A stretch of DNA of 64,000 bases from Candidatus Liptonbacteria bacterium (GCA_016186635.1 JACPLI010000020.1:3548-67547), one strand, 5' to 3'. Shown: positions 19,841 through 29,283, counted from the stretch's first letter. Numbers and translations are program-made. Notes: a model not told the origin generated them from the letters alone.

Positions 19841-20971
19841 ATGAAAATTATGAAAGACACATTTGGTCCGGAATATATTGTCAGGGTATATAATCCCAAG
19901 GTTGGCATGGAGGGATTTTTGGTCATTGATACTACCACACTTGGACCCGGTAAGGGCGGCATTCGGATGACTCCAAATGTAACGGAAGAAGAAGTGCGGA
20001 GACTGGCTCGGGCGATGACCTGGAAAAATGCTCTGGCGGGCATTCCTTTTGGCGGAGCAAAAGCTGGAATTATCTGGCCGGGTGGATCAGATGAGCTAAA
20101 AAGGAAATATGTTCAGAGCTTTGCCCGCGCAATCAAGTTATTTACGCCGCGAAAGTATATTGGCGGGCCAGATGTGAATACGGGCGAAAAAGAAATGCAG
20201 TGGTTTGTGGAGGAAACAGGCAATTGGCGCTCCGTTACCGGCAAGCCTGCCACTCTCTGTATGAAATTATTTGGAAGGACGGGCGAGAAATGCGGTATTC
20301 CTCACGAATTCGGGAGTACCGGTTTTGGCGTAGCTCAAGCCGTTTTAGAAACGGCACAAGCTCTTGCTATTGGTATTCGTGGGGCTCGTGTGGCGATTCA
20401 CGGTTTTGGAAATGTCGGCACGTTCACCTATACTTATCTGCATCGCGCAGGAGCCAAAATTGTTGCTATTGCGGACAGTAGCGGCGCGATTTTTAGCGAT
20501 GCTGGGTTAGATGATGCTGAGGTGCAGGAAGTTATAAAAAAGAAACAACACATCTCTGAATGTAAAGGGTGCCGCAAGATTTCGAGTGAAGATTTTTGGA
20601 AGGTACCTGTTGATTTTCTCATTCCCGCCTCAGTTACGGATGTCATCAACGAAACGAATAAAAATGGTATCCGCGCCAAAGCAATTATTGAAGCGGGAAA
20701 TATTCCTATGAGAGAAAACATAGAAGAAGAGTTGTCTAAAAAAGGCATTGTTATAGTTCCAGATTTTGTGGCAAATGCGGGCGGGGTTATCTCCTCGTAT
20801 GCGGAATATCGCGGCTATAATCCTAAAAGAATGTTTGCACTTGTGGAGAGAAAAATTAGAAATAGCACTCGCCTCGTTTTGGAACAAAGTATAAAATTGA
20901 AGAAAAATCCTCGTGAAATCGCTTTGGCAATCGCCAAAGAAAAGGTCGAGGCGGAGATGAGTAAAAAATAA
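19841..20971 (+). CDS. gdh: Glu/Leu/Phe/Val-type amino-acid dehydrogenase (likely glutamate dehydrogenase)
   Basis: Catalytic GGAKAGI and Rossmann HGFGNVG. Confidence 0.85.
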   Translation: MKIMKDTFGPEYIVRVYNPKVGMEGFLVIDTTTLGPGKGGIRMTPNVTEEEVRRLARAMTWKNALAGIPFGGAKAGIIWPGGSDELKRKYVQSFARAIKLFTPRKYIGGPDVNTGEKEMQWFVEETGNWRSVTGKPATLCMKLFGRTGEKCGIPHEFGSTGFGVAQAVLETAQALAIGIRGARVAIHGFGNVGTFTYTYLHRAGAKIVAIADSSGAIFSDAGLDDAEVQEVIKKKQHISECKGCRKISSEDFWKVPVDFLIPASVTDVINETNKNGIRAKAIIEAGNIPMRENIEEELSKKGIVIVPDFVANAGGVISSYAEYRGYNPKRMFALVERKIRNSTRLVLEQSIKLKKNPREIALAIAKEKVEAEMSKK

Positions 20972-20979
20972 ACTAAAGT

Positions 20980-21363
20980 ATGTTCGAACAACTAACACAA
21001 TACAACGACATCGGGCTCCTGATTCTGCGGCTGGCCGTTGCGGTAATCTTTATCTATCACGCTCTGCCCAAATTAAGGAACGCTTCCGGCATGAGCCAGA
21101 TGATGGGTATGCCAGCCGGTATGATCTTTATGCTTGGTTTAGTTGAAGCCGTCTCATCTTTGGGCATGATATTTGGTATCTACACGCAACTTGCCGCATT
21201 GCTTCTAGGGATTGTCATGATTGGCGCGATTGGCACGAAAATGATGAAATGGCGAGTACCGTTTGCTGCGATGGATAAAACTGGATGGGAGTTTGATTTG
21301 ATATTGCTCGCCGCAAATATCGCCATTGTGCTTGGTGGGGGCGGCGCGATAGGCATTCAGTAA
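20980..21363 (+). CDS. DoxX-family membrane protein
   Basis: Four TM segments with the DoxX-like pattern LILRLAVAVIFIYHALPKL. Confidence 0.65.
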   Translation: MFEQLTQYNDIGLLILRLAVAVIFIYHALPKLRNASGMSQMMGMPAGMIFMLGLVEAVSSLGMIFGIYTQLAALLLGIVMIGAIGTKMMKWRVPFAAMDKTGWEFDLILLAANIAIVLGGGGAIGIQ

Positions 21364-21372
21364 AACAGCAAT

Positions 21373-22344
21373 ATGGACACTATGTACGACCTCATCATTA
21401 TTGGCTCGGGCGCGGCCGGTCTTGGAGCTGCCATCTACAGCGGACGGTACCGTATGAAGGTTTTGGTCATTGGCAAAGAATTTGGCGGGGAAACCGCAAA
21501 AGCCGGCGCCATCGAAAATTATCCCGGTTTCCAGTCAATTGACGGTTTCGAATTAATGGACGCGATGAAAAAACAAGCGAAGGGCCTTGAAGTCAAAACA
21601 CTAGACGGCGAAGTTGCGGGTGTTAACCAGCAAGAGCATTGTTTTGAGGTTACTGTCGGAGATACGACGCATCACGCGAACTCCATTATTTTTGCTGTGG
21701 GAGCAGAGCGGCGCCGTTTGGAATTACCGAATGAAAAAGAGCTTACTGGCCGCGGAGTTCATTATTGCGTTACCTGCGACGGACCCGTATATGGCGGAAA
21801 GGTTATTGCGATGGTGGGTGGCGGCGACGCGTCAGTCAAAGGCGCGGTGCTGGCCGCGGAATATGTTTCAAAACTTTTTCTTATTGTACGGGGCAAAGAA
21901 GTTACCGCGGAGCCCATCAATCTTGAACGCATGAAGAAGCTCGGTGATAAAATTGAAGTGCTCTCTGAAACCGAAGTTAAAGAAATCGTTGGCAAGGGAA
22001 AGCTGGAAAAACTGATTTTGTCGCGTCCGTACAAAAATTCAAACGAGCTTGTTGTCGAAGGCCTTTTCGTCGAAGTCGGAGCGATTCCCAATGTGGAGCT
22101 CGCACAATCGCTTGGCGTAGAGCTTGACGGGCGAGGATACATCAAGGTCGACAATATGATGAAGACAAACATTGACGGCGTGTTCGCCGCGGGGGATGCA
22201 GTCAATCATTTTGGGTCGTTCAAGCAGGATATTACCGCGGCCGCCATGGGCGCGGTGGCCGCGACGAGTGCGTACGAAGACCATAAAGTTCACGGTGACC
22301 TCTGTTCTCTGCATAGTCGCCCAGCCATGCCGAAAGAAATATAA
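21373..22344 (+). CDS. trxB: Thioredoxin-disulfide reductase
   Basis: FAD site IIIGSGAAGLGAAIY, redox CVTCDG, NADPH site GGGDA, and GVFAAGD. Confidence 0.9.
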   Translation: MDTMYDLIIIGSGAAGLGAAIYSGRYRMKVLVIGKEFGGETAKAGAIENYPGFQSIDGFELMDAMKKQAKGLEVKTLDGEVAGVNQQEHCFEVTVGDTTHHANSIIFAVGAERRRLELPNEKELTGRGVHYCVTCDGPVYGGKVIAMVGGGDASVKGAVLAAEYVSKLFLIVRGKEVTAEPINLERMKKLGDKIEVLSETEVKEIVGKGKLEKLILSRPYKNSNELVVEGLFVEVGAIPNVELAQSLGVELDGRGYIKVDNMMKTNIDGVFAAGDAVNHFGSFKQDITAAAMGAVAATSAYEDHKVHGDLCSLHSRPAMPKEI

Positions 22345-22465
22345 ATTAACAATTAATCAAATCAAGCTCTTCATGATGCCGATTCGTTTGGCAAAACTGA
22401 TGAAGGAAAACAAATAGTAATAGTAAAGGTCGAAAGCAGTAATCAGCAACTAATCAACAAAAAAT

Positions 22466-22636
22466 ATGAACAATCAAAACGATCAACAAAAGTTTGTCTG
22501 CAAGAGTTGCGGCTCGGAGTCGCAAGAAAAAGCGGGTACCTGTTGTGGCGCAGAGAGAAAAGAGAAAAAAGATGACGGCACCTGCATGGCGTGCAGCTGT
22601 CCTTGCGAGATGCACAAAGAGCACACCCACAAGTAA
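22466..22636 (+). CDS. Tiny Cys/His-rich putative metal-binding protein (56 aa; below the ORF-track cutoff)
   Basis: MNNQNDQQKFVCKSCGSESQEKAGTCCGAERKEKKDDGTCMACSCPCEMHKEHTHK read by hand in another frame than ORF 22494. It has 9 Cys and a His-rich tail. Confidence 0.35.
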   Translation: MNNQNDQQKFVCKSCGSESQEKAGTCCGAERKEKKDDGTCMACSCPCEMHKEHTHK

Positions 22637-22682
22637 AGTGGGTGTGCTCGCTACGATTGCGGTTGTAAACAATATCTCCATT

Positions 22683-23078
22683 ATGAAGGACTTTCGTAAA
22701 AAAGTGCTCACAAGATTCACACCCATCCTAGGCGCGGGAGCGGTTGGAGTTTGTCCGCTTTGTTGGATCGGCTCAGCATCGCTTCTTACCTATTTGGGCT
22801 TGGGAGCACTTATACCGGTATGGCGCTGGATTGCTTTTGGATTAATTGCGCTGGGCGCAGTAGGATTCATCCTTGATTACCGGTCTCATAAAAATCTCTC
22901 TCCGCTTATACTTCTTTCTCTTGGCGCAATTCTTCTTTATGTCGGCCGGTACATATTCTTAAGCACTTGGGGAGCATGGCAGATTTGGGGACCAGGCGCG
23001 TTACTCATCATTGGAGCAGTAATCTACAATAAACACCTCTTCAGAAAACCGCTCGCCTCGCCGAAGCCTGCGGCGTAG
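22683..23078 (+). CDS. Membrane protein with CxxC (MerT-like / DsbB-like topology)
   Basis: MKDFRKKVLTRFTPILGAGAVGVCPLCWIGSASLL plus 3-4 TM helices. The N-terminal 63 residues of the track ORF are treated as read-through. Confidence 0.5.
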   Translation: MKDFRKKVLTRFTPILGAGAVGVCPLCWIGSASLLTYLGLGALIPVWRWIAFGLIALGAVGFILDYRSHKNLSPLILLSLGAILLYVGRYIFLSTWGAWQIWGPGALLIIGAVIYNKHLFRKPLASPKPAA

Positions 23079-23130
23079 CGCGGGTCGGCTCTGCCACAAC
23101 TGCAAACATAGCAATGTATTCTATTCAAAT

Positions 23131-23673
23131 ATGAAAACGCCCATAATTATTATTAGTGTTGTGGTTCTCGTTGTTGCAGGATGGTTGCTTATTTCCAATA
23201 CGGGACAGCATCAGAATATGAATTCAAACGGCAACATCCCCGGAGAATCCGTTCGATTTGAGAGAGCGCCGGATTTTGCCTTGCAAGATTATAACGGCAA
23301 AACTGTACGGCTGGCTGATTTTTCCGGAAAACCGATGGTAATTAACTCTTGGGCGGCATGGTGTCCTTTTTGCCGGAAAGAACTGGTGGATTTTGCGACG
23401 GTGCAAAAGGAGTTAGGCGATAGAGTCGCAATCATTGCTGTTGATAGAGCGGAATCGCGAGAGACGGCAAAGAAATATACGGACGAATTAGGCGTGACGA
23501 ACGACTTGATATTTCTGCTTGACCCTTCGGATTCGTTTTACCAATCTATCGGTGGATTTTCTATGCCGGAAACAATATTTGTGGACAAAAATGGAAACAT
23601 TGTTGAGCGCAAGCGAGGGCCGATGGATGTTCAGGAAATCAGAGAAAAAGTCCGAAAACTTCTATCAACGTAA
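23131..23673 (+). CDS. TlpA-like thioredoxin-fold protein (second)
   Basis: N-terminal TM and VINSWAAWCPFCRKEL. Confidence 0.8.
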   Translation: MKTPIIIISVVVLVVAGWLLISNTGQHQNMNSNGNIPGESVRFERAPDFALQDYNGKTVRLADFSGKPMVINSWAAWCPFCRKELVDFATVQKELGDRVAIIAVDRAESRETAKKYTDELGVTNDLIFLLDPSDSFYQSIGGFSMPETIFVDKNGNIVERKRGPMDVQEIREKVRKLLST

Positions 23674-23689
23674 GTAGAGACACAAAGTT

Positions 23690-23863
23690 ATGGTAAATAT
23701 TATACCGCAAGAAAATAAGACTCTGTATCAGTGCGAAGAGTGTGGTTTGAAGTATGCCGAAAAAGAAATCGCTGAGAAGTGCCAGGCGTGGTGCAAAGAA
23801 CACAAAAGCTGCAATCTTGACATTATCAAACATGCCGTAAAAGATTTATCTCACCAGTCATGA
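23690..23863 (+). CDS. Tiny Zn-ribbon protein (57 aa; below the ORF-track cutoff)
   Basis: MVNIIPQENKTLYQCEECGLKYAEKEIAEKCQAWCKEHKSC read by hand. Confidence 0.35.
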   Translation: MVNIIPQENKTLYQCEECGLKYAEKEIAEKCQAWCKEHKSCNLDIIKHAVKDLSHQS

Positions 23864-24050
23864 GTAAGAATCCGTCTCAAAAGTATCTTCGGCCGCGATA
23901 CAGGCCAATTTTGACTGACACAAGGAGCGACGACGGAGGTGTATCCTGTGATACTCCGAGGAGGAGTGACGATGCGATCAGGCGAAATTGGCCGTATCCC
24001 GAAGGGTTTTCGCTATTTTCCCGCTCTGCGGCGTGAAGTATACTTTTAAG

Positions 24051-24509
24051 ATGGGTTCTCGCACTCACCCTCGCATGCCGATATTTGAATACGATTACAT
24101 TGCTGACGGTATTTTTATCGGCACGAATCAGTGCTGCACGACGCACTTCGCTGAAGCGCTTCTTAAAGAGGGTATCACTGCGGATATCTCGCTCGAGGAG
24201 GACCGGCTTGACCAGCCGTTCGGCGTAGAAGCGTATGTGTGGCTTCCGGTGAAGGACCACGAGCCGCCCACACGCGCACAACTGGAAATTGGCGTTTCTG
24301 CGCTCGAGAAGTTCGCGGCGCTCGGGAAGAAGGTCTACGTCCACTGCAAAAACGGGCACGGGCGCGCGCCGACGCTTGTCGCGGCGTATATGATGCGGAA
24401 GGGAAAATCAGTGAAGGAAGCGGTTGCGCTCATCCGGGCGCAACGGCCTTCTGTGCATCTTCAGGATTCGCAAGTTGCTGCATTACAACAATGGAATTCT
24501 TCGCGCTAA
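24051..24509 (+). CDS. Dual-specificity / Cys-based protein phosphatase
   Basis: CX5R P-loop VHCKNGHGRAPT. Start at M22 of the track ORF. Confidence 0.7.
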   Translation: MGSRTHPRMPIFEYDYIADGIFIGTNQCCTTHFAEALLKEGITADISLEEDRLDQPFGVEAYVWLPVKDHEPPTRAQLEIGVSALEKFAALGKKVYVHCKNGHGRAPTLVAAYMMRKGKSVKEAVALIRAQRPSVHLQDSQVAALQQWNSSR

Positions 24510-25261
24510 TCATTCCGGCATTTATTGCGGGAGTCCTCATGTTCCTTGCGCCGTGCACATTCCCGCTCATCCCGGCGTATGTGAGTTTTATCGGTGGTAC
24601 CACGGCGCATGATCTTCGGGATCCCGCGAAGGTGCGCGGCGCACGCCGAAGGGTTTTTATAAACGGCCTTTCGTATGTCATTGGTTTTAGCTTTGCGTTT
24701 ATTGCACTGGGGACGCTCTTCAGCGCAGGCGGCATCGCGCTTGCGCCCTATCGCCTCTGGCTTGGGCGCATCGGCGGGCTTTTCATTATATTTTTCGGAC
24801 TTTATCTTTTGGGGCTGTTCCGGCTGCCGTTTCTCTCACGGGCGATGGATGCGGAACACCACCTTCGAATTGGAAAGTCGCTCACGCCTGGGAAACCGAT
24901 GTCATCATTTGTATTTGGCGTAACGTTTGCGCTTGGATGGACGCCATGCGTGGGGCCGGTGCTCGCTTCGATTCTCGTGCTTGCTTCAACTGCGACGACG
25001 GTCTGGCAGGGAATGTTCCTCCTCACCGTCTTTTCCGCGGGGCTCGCGGTGCCGTTCCTGCTCGTGGCATGGGGAATCGGGTCCGCGCCGAAATACGTCG
25101 CGCGTGTTGCAAAGTACCTTCCCGCCGTCACGGTAATTGGCGGACTGCTGCTCGTGGTGCTTGGCGTGTTGCTGGTAACCGATCGTTTTTCCTTATGGGT
25201 AGGAGGTTTCTACCGATACTTCAACTTTATTCCCTACGAGCGGCTTCTCGACTATCTTTAG
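24491..25261 (+). CDS. ccdA: Cytochrome c-type biogenesis protein CcdA (DsbD transmembrane domain)
   Basis: MEFFALIIPAFIAGVLMFLAPCTFPLIPAY...GWTPCVGPVL carries the two conserved Cys in TM1 and TM4. Confidence 0.85.
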   Translation: MEFFALIIPAFIAGVLMFLAPCTFPLIPAYVSFIGGTTAHDLRDPAKVRGARRRVFINGLSYVIGFSFAFIALGTLFSAGGIALAPYRLWLGRIGGLFIIFFGLYLLGLFRLPFLSRAMDAEHHLRIGKSLTPGKPMSSFVFGVTFALGWTPCVGPVLASILVLASTATTVWQGMFLLTVFSAGLAVPFLLVAWGIGSAPKYVARVAKYLPAVTVIGGLLLVVLGVLLVTDRFSLWVGGFYRYFNFIPYERLLDYL

Positions 25262-25339
25262 ACGGCTCATTCATGGTTCCTTCATTTTCTGTGCGTAACT
25301 CTTATTAAAAAGTCGGTTTTTTTTGGTACAATTCACCGC

Positions 25340-26014
25340 ATGAGCACAATTATGAAGCGGTTTGCGGTGGGAGGTGCGGTGGCGGTGTATCTCGCGCTCG
25401 CGGTCGCGGCGGGGGCGCAAACGCGGGCAACAGCGACGCCGCAGAAGGAAGTGAGGCGCGCGGCGGTGGAGGAAATGCGTGCAAAGTTCGAGGCGGCGAA
25501 GAAAGAGGCGCAAACGAAGATGCAGGCGGCGAGGACCGATTTTCAGGCGAAACTCAAGCAGATAAAGGACGGGAAGAAACAGCAAGCCGCGGATAACTTA
25601 TATGAGCGTTTGGGGATGCTCAACGCCAAGTGGGCGGAGCATTTCGGAAATGTGCTTGAGAAGTATGATGCGACGCTCAAAAAAGTGGAGAGTCGAAGGG
25701 ATAAAGCGCAAACTGCAGGAAGAGATGTGGCCGTAGTGAACGCCGCATTCCAAGCGGCAACCGCGATGATTGAGAGCGCCCGCGCCGCAGTAGAGGCGCA
25801 AACGAAGAAAACATATTCCGTAGCCGTTACCACAGAAGCGAAGCTCCGCGAGGCGTTCCAGGCCGCGCACAAGGCCTTGAAGACCGACCTCATGGCGCTT
25901 CGTGACGGGGCAATGAGGAGCGCGCGCGAGGCGGTGCAAAAAGCGATTCAGTCCCTTCGCGCCATACCGAATGTGGACAGTGCAAGAACTACTGCAACAT
26001 CCTCGCAACAATAA
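25340..26014 (+). CDS. Secreted Ala/Lys/Glu-rich coiled-coil protein
   Basis: Signal peptide MSTIMKRFAVGGAVAVYLALAVAAGAQT followed by a heptad-rich sequence. Confidence 0.5.
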   Translation: MSTIMKRFAVGGAVAVYLALAVAAGAQTRATATPQKEVRRAAVEEMRAKFEAAKKEAQTKMQAARTDFQAKLKQIKDGKKQQAADNLYERLGMLNAKWAEHFGNVLEKYDATLKKVESRRDKAQTAGRDVAVVNAAFQAATAMIESARAAVEAQTKKTYSVAVTTEAKLREAFQAAHKALKTDLMALRDGAMRSAREAVQKAIQSLRAIPNVDSARTTATSSQQ

Positions 26015-26025
26015 TTTTTACCATC

Positions 26026-26313
26026 ATGGAAAACAACAACAAGACAGGATGGGTAATCGCAGTCGTGGTGATTATCGCGGTGGCGCTCGTTGCGTGGTGG
26101 TATGTGGGCGAGAGCACGCCGCAGACCGCAAATGAGGCAGTATCATCGCCCCAACCGGCGGCGGAGAATCCTAGCGTACAGGAGCAGGTGGCGGTACCGG
26201 CGCCCGACAGTACGAGCGAGATTCAAAAGGACTTGGATGCGGCGGGCGGAGGGAATGAGGACCTTCAAGGAGAGCTTGATGCGCTTGATGCAGATATTCA
26301 GAAGGGATTTTGA
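26026..26313 (+). CDS. Small membrane-anchored protein
   Basis: TM helix GWVIAVVVIIAVALVAWWYV followed by an acidic tail. Confidence 0.45.
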   Translation: MENNNKTGWVIAVVVIIAVALVAWWYVGESTPQTANEAVSSPQPAAENPSVQEQVAVPAPDSTSEIQKDLDAAGGGNEDLQGELDALDADIQKGF

Positions 26314-26774
26314 GGTTTCGACGTGCGTCAATTCTAGGAAATCGGACCTCTTATAACGGCATGCGTATTATGAACCGTGAAGGGTATATGCATATTGTAG
26401 TTTTCATTGTTGCAGTCATCATCGGCATCGCAATGCTTCTCTTCCTTCGCGAGAAGGGCATCTCGCACGTCGATGGGGGAAGCCCACGGCTTTCTCCAGC
26501 GCTCATCAGCGGCCCCCAATCACGGTAAGGGAATCCATTACTGCATGCGCGTTTCTTATAGCGGACGGGGTGTGCATAACTTTTCTGTACATGTGAGCGT
26601 GTGGTTCTAGAATTTGAGATAAGGAGAAAGGTCGGCGTTTGCATAACGGAAGGGATGAGCATTTCGATGGCGAAAAAAAGAAGGAAGTCGAAGAAGAATG
26701 CGCGGAGGGGGAAGCGGCGGACTGCGAAGCGAGGAGGAAAGCGGCGAAGGAGATAAATTGTATCTCCGTGTGTT

Positions 26775-26817
26775 CCCGTCCCTCCCTTTCTGCAGAAAGG
26801 GAGGGACGGGTTTTGTG
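26775..26817 (+). terminator. Rho-independent terminator
   Basis: cccgtccctcccttt-ctgcag-aaagggagggacggg followed by ttttgtg. Confidence 0.8.
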
Positions 26818-26841
26818 TTGTCGTGTATAATAGGGAGACAT

Positions 26842-27255
26842 ATGACGGAGGAGGACTGGAAGCAAAAACTTACCCCCGAACAGTACCGCGTACTCCGCGA
26901 GCAGGGGACGGAAGCCGCCTTTACGGGGAAATATTGGAACGAGCACGGGAAGGGCATGTATCGGTGTGCCGCATGCGGCGCCGAGCTTTTTTCGTCTGAT
27001 ACAAAGTTTGATTCCGGCACTGGCTGGCCGAGCTTTACTGAGCCCGCAAATGTGGCACATGTGGAACTCCGTGAGGACAGGAGCCGCGGGCTCGCGCGCA
27101 CCGAGGTGCGCTGCAAAAAATGCGGCTCTCACTTGGGGCATGCGTTTGACGACGGACCGGTTGACAGGAGCCTGCCTGCCGGTAGGCAGGGGAAGCGCTA
27201 CTGCATCAATTCGGTATGCCTGGAGCTCGAAAGGTCGGGGGATGAGAATCAGTAA
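26842..27255 (+). CDS. msrB: Peptide-methionine (R)-S-oxide reductase MsrB
   Basis: CAACGAELF...GWPSF...RCKKCGSHLGHAFDDGP...RYCINS. An extended -10 tgtataat lies at 26824-26831. It carries an in-frame family-D insertion (SLPAGRQGK). Confidence 0.85.
   Translation: MTEEDWKQKLTPEQYRVLREQGTEAAFTGKYWNEHGKGMYRCAACGAELFSSDTKFDSGTGWPSFTEPANVAHVELREDRSRGLARTEVRCKKCGSHLGHAFDDGPVDRSLPAGRQGKRYCINSVCLELERSGDENQ
27172..27190. repeat. Family-D palindrome CTGCCTGCCGGYAGGCAGG inside msrB
   Basis: cctgcctgccggtaggcagg encodes LPAGRQG, which is absent from canonical MsrB between DGP and RYCINS. Confidence 0.8.
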
Positions 27256-27260
27256 TCAAC

Positions 27261-27557
27261 ATGGGTACAAGAGTGCTCATACGGGTAAGCGGAATTATCT
27301 TCGGGCTTTTTGCCCTTGCGCATGCGGTGCGGGCGATATTCCGGTGGGAGATTACCTTCGCGGGGCGCGCGATGCCGATATGGGCAAGCGTCCTCGTCGC
27401 GGTTATTGCGGCGTACCTCGCCTATGAGAGTTTTCGCACGCGGGAGGTGCGCTATATCTGCACGGGAGAATGCGGCGGCATGTCCCCGAAGCCGGGAATG
27501 TGCCAGGCGGAGAAGTGCGCGAAGAAGGGCATGCCGCTCGAAGAGGTGAGCGCATAG
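27261..27557 (+). CDS. Hypothetical membrane protein with C-terminal Cys cluster
   Basis: Two TM helices, then CTGECGGMSPKPGMCQAEKCAKKG. Confidence 0.4.
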   Translation: MGTRVLIRVSGIIFGLFALAHAVRAIFRWEITFAGRAMPIWASVLVAVIAAYLAYESFRTREVRYICTGECGGMSPKPGMCQAEKCAKKGMPLEEVSA

Positions 27558-27560
27558 CGT

Positions 27561-28382
27561 ATGGCGTATTGCAAAGAGCGAGTCGCACGATTTCGCCGCA
27601 TTGTGTGGAATTATTACCGCGCGCATGGGCGCGATTTGCCCTGGCGGCGCACACGGAATCCCTACCGCGTTACGGTTTCGGAAATCATGCTTCAGCAAAC
27701 GCAGGTGGAGAGGGTCCGCGGCAAGTACGAGGAGTTCTTGAAGAAGTTTCCTGATTTCGCTTCGCTTGCGGGGGCCTCGTCCGCAGAGGTGCTCCGCGTG
27801 TGGCAGGGGTTGGGATATAACCGGCGCGCGCTTGCACTTCGATGTCTCGCGAAGGAAGTGGTGGGAAAGTACGGCGGAAATCTTCCGCGGGAGGTCGAGG
27901 CGCTCGACGCGCTTCCCGGAATCGGCGCGGCCACGGCGGGTTCCGTTGCGGCATTTGCATTCAATGTACCGGTGGTGTTTGTGGAAACGAACATCCGGCG
28001 CGCCGTTATCCATCATTTCTTCCCGCGCCGCCGCAAGGTAAGCGAGGAAAAAGTGCGGGAAGCTGTCGCCACTGCGCTCGACCGGAAGAATCCCCGCGAG
28101 TGGTATTGGGCGCTCATGGATTATGGCGCGATGCTTGGGAAATCAGTCTCGAATCCCAATCGCCGGAGTGAGCGATACCGGAAGCAATCCTCATTTCGCG
28201 GCTCGGATAGGGAACTCCGCGGGAAGATTGTGCGTTTGCTTCTCGAGCAGTCCCGCATAGCGGCTTCTTCTGTCCTGGAAATTACGCAAAAATCCGCGGA
28301 ACGAGTGAACGAGATTCTCGAATCGCTTGAGCGGGAGGGCTTTTTGCGGCAGGAGAAAGGGATTGTTATGATTGCGAAATAG
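27561..28382 (+). CDS. HhH-GPD base-excision DNA glycosylase (MutY/Nth family) with C-terminal extension
   Basis: MLQQTQV, LPGIGAATAGSVAAFAF (HhH-GPD), and VDTNIRR-like VETNIRRAV. Confidence 0.75.
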   Translation: MAYCKERVARFRRIVWNYYRAHGRDLPWRRTRNPYRVTVSEIMLQQTQVERVRGKYEEFLKKFPDFASLAGASSAEVLRVWQGLGYNRRALALRCLAKEVVGKYGGNLPREVEALDALPGIGAATAGSVAAFAFNVPVVFVETNIRRAVIHHFFPRRRKVSEEKVREAVATALDRKNPREWYWALMDYGAMLGKSVSNPNRRSERYRKQSSFRGSDRELRGKIVRLLLEQSRIAASSVLEITQKSAERVNEILESLEREGFLRQEKGIVMIAK

Positions 28383-28391
28383 TTACCTTTT

Positions 28392-28447
28392 CAACGCGTC
28401 GAAGTCAGACTTCCTGAAGGAAGTCTGACTTCGGCAGATTGATGCAG
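28392..28447. repeat. Family-B palindrome (GAAGTCRGACTTC), copy 1
   Basis: ttcaacgcgtcgaagtcagacttcctgaaggaagtctgacttcggcagattgatg. Confidence 0.8.
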
Positions 28448-28457
28448 AACCAAACCA

Positions 28458-28874
28458 ATGCGGCAGATTCTTAAAGATGGCGCAGTATATATCCTCCGTT
28501 TCGATAAGGGCGAGGAAGTGCTCACGGGGCTGATTGCATTCGCGCGGCAGATGGATATTCACGCGGGAACATTTTCCGGCATCGGGGCGGCCTCGAGAGT
28601 GGCGCTTTCTTATTATGACTTTGAAAAGAAAGAATATTTGAGCACAGAACTTCGGGAAGTGGAAATCGCCTCGCTTACCGGCAATATCGGGATTTTGAAA
28701 GGGGAAATAGCCATACACGCGCACGGAGTGTTCTCTGGAAGGGATATGGCGGCAAAGGCGGGACATGTGAAGGAAATCGTGGTATCAGGAACATGTGAAA
28801 TGCGTTTCGAGGCGCTCGCAGGGAAACTTGAACGCGCGCATGACGCGACAACGGGACTGAATTTGATACAGTAA
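28458..28874 (+). CDS. PPC-domain (DUF296) protein
   Basis: GEEVLTGLIAFARQMDIHAGTFSGIGAASRVALSYYD...GNIGILKGEIAIHAHGVFSG. Family-B palindromes bracket it on both sides. Confidence 0.6.
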   Translation: MRQILKDGAVYILRFDKGEEVLTGLIAFARQMDIHAGTFSGIGAASRVALSYYDFEKKEYLSTELREVEIASLTGNIGILKGEIAIHAHGVFSGRDMAAKAGHVKEIVVSGTCEMRFEALAGKLERAHDATTGLNLIQ

Positions 28875-28876
28875 GA

Positions 28877-28966
28877 ATTCAACGTGTTGAAGTCGGACTT
28901 CCTGCCTGCGCTACGCCGAAGGCTCCGGCAAGGCGAGCAGGAAGTCCGACTTCGGCAGATTGATGT
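28877..28966. repeat. Family-B palindrome copy 2 with internal D-like insert
   Basis: ttcaacgtgttgaagtcggacttcctgcctgcgctacgccgaaggctccggcaaggcgagcaggaagtccgacttcggcagattgatg. Confidence 0.8.
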
Positions 28967-28993
28967 GGGAGAGTTCGCTATAATGTGTAAGTT

Positions 28994-29248
28994 ATGAAGA
29001 GAAGTTTCAAAGAACGGGTATATGCAGTTGTCGCAAAAATTCCCCGTGGGAAAGTATTGACGTACAAGGAAGTCGCACGCCGAGCGGGGAGTCCGGATGC
29101 CTCCCGTGCGGTCGGAAATATTCTGGCGAAGAATTTCAACCCAAAGATTCCCTGCCACCGCGTGATTCGCTCGGATGGGAAACTCGGCGGCTATAACCGC
29201 GGCGGAGACCTCAAGCGTGAGATTTTGGAAAGAGAGAAGGTGCTATAA
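28994..29248 (+). CDS. Methylated-DNA-protein-cysteine methyltransferase DNA-binding domain protein (Ogt/ATL-like)
   Basis: IPRGKVLTYKEVARRAG...IPCHRVIRSDGKLGGY carries the PCHRV active-site motif. It is 84 aa with no N-terminal domain. Confidence 0.7.
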   Translation: MKRSFKERVYAVVAKIPRGKVLTYKEVARRAGSPDASRAVGNILAKNFNPKIPCHRVIRSDGKLGGYNRGGDLKREILEREKVL

Positions 29249-29283
29249 AGGATTCTGGCTGGAACTTATGCAGTCCCAGCCGG

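Noticed and set aside
24239-25261. N-terminal 84-aa extension of ccdA in the ORF track. Similar upstream extensions occur on msrB (26698), the GNAT gene (13861), the MBL gene (14630) and the membrane-protein ORF (22494).
   Set aside because: The extensions are low-complexity and overlap upstream genes. Family-typical N-termini begin at internal Met codons, with an RBS where visible.
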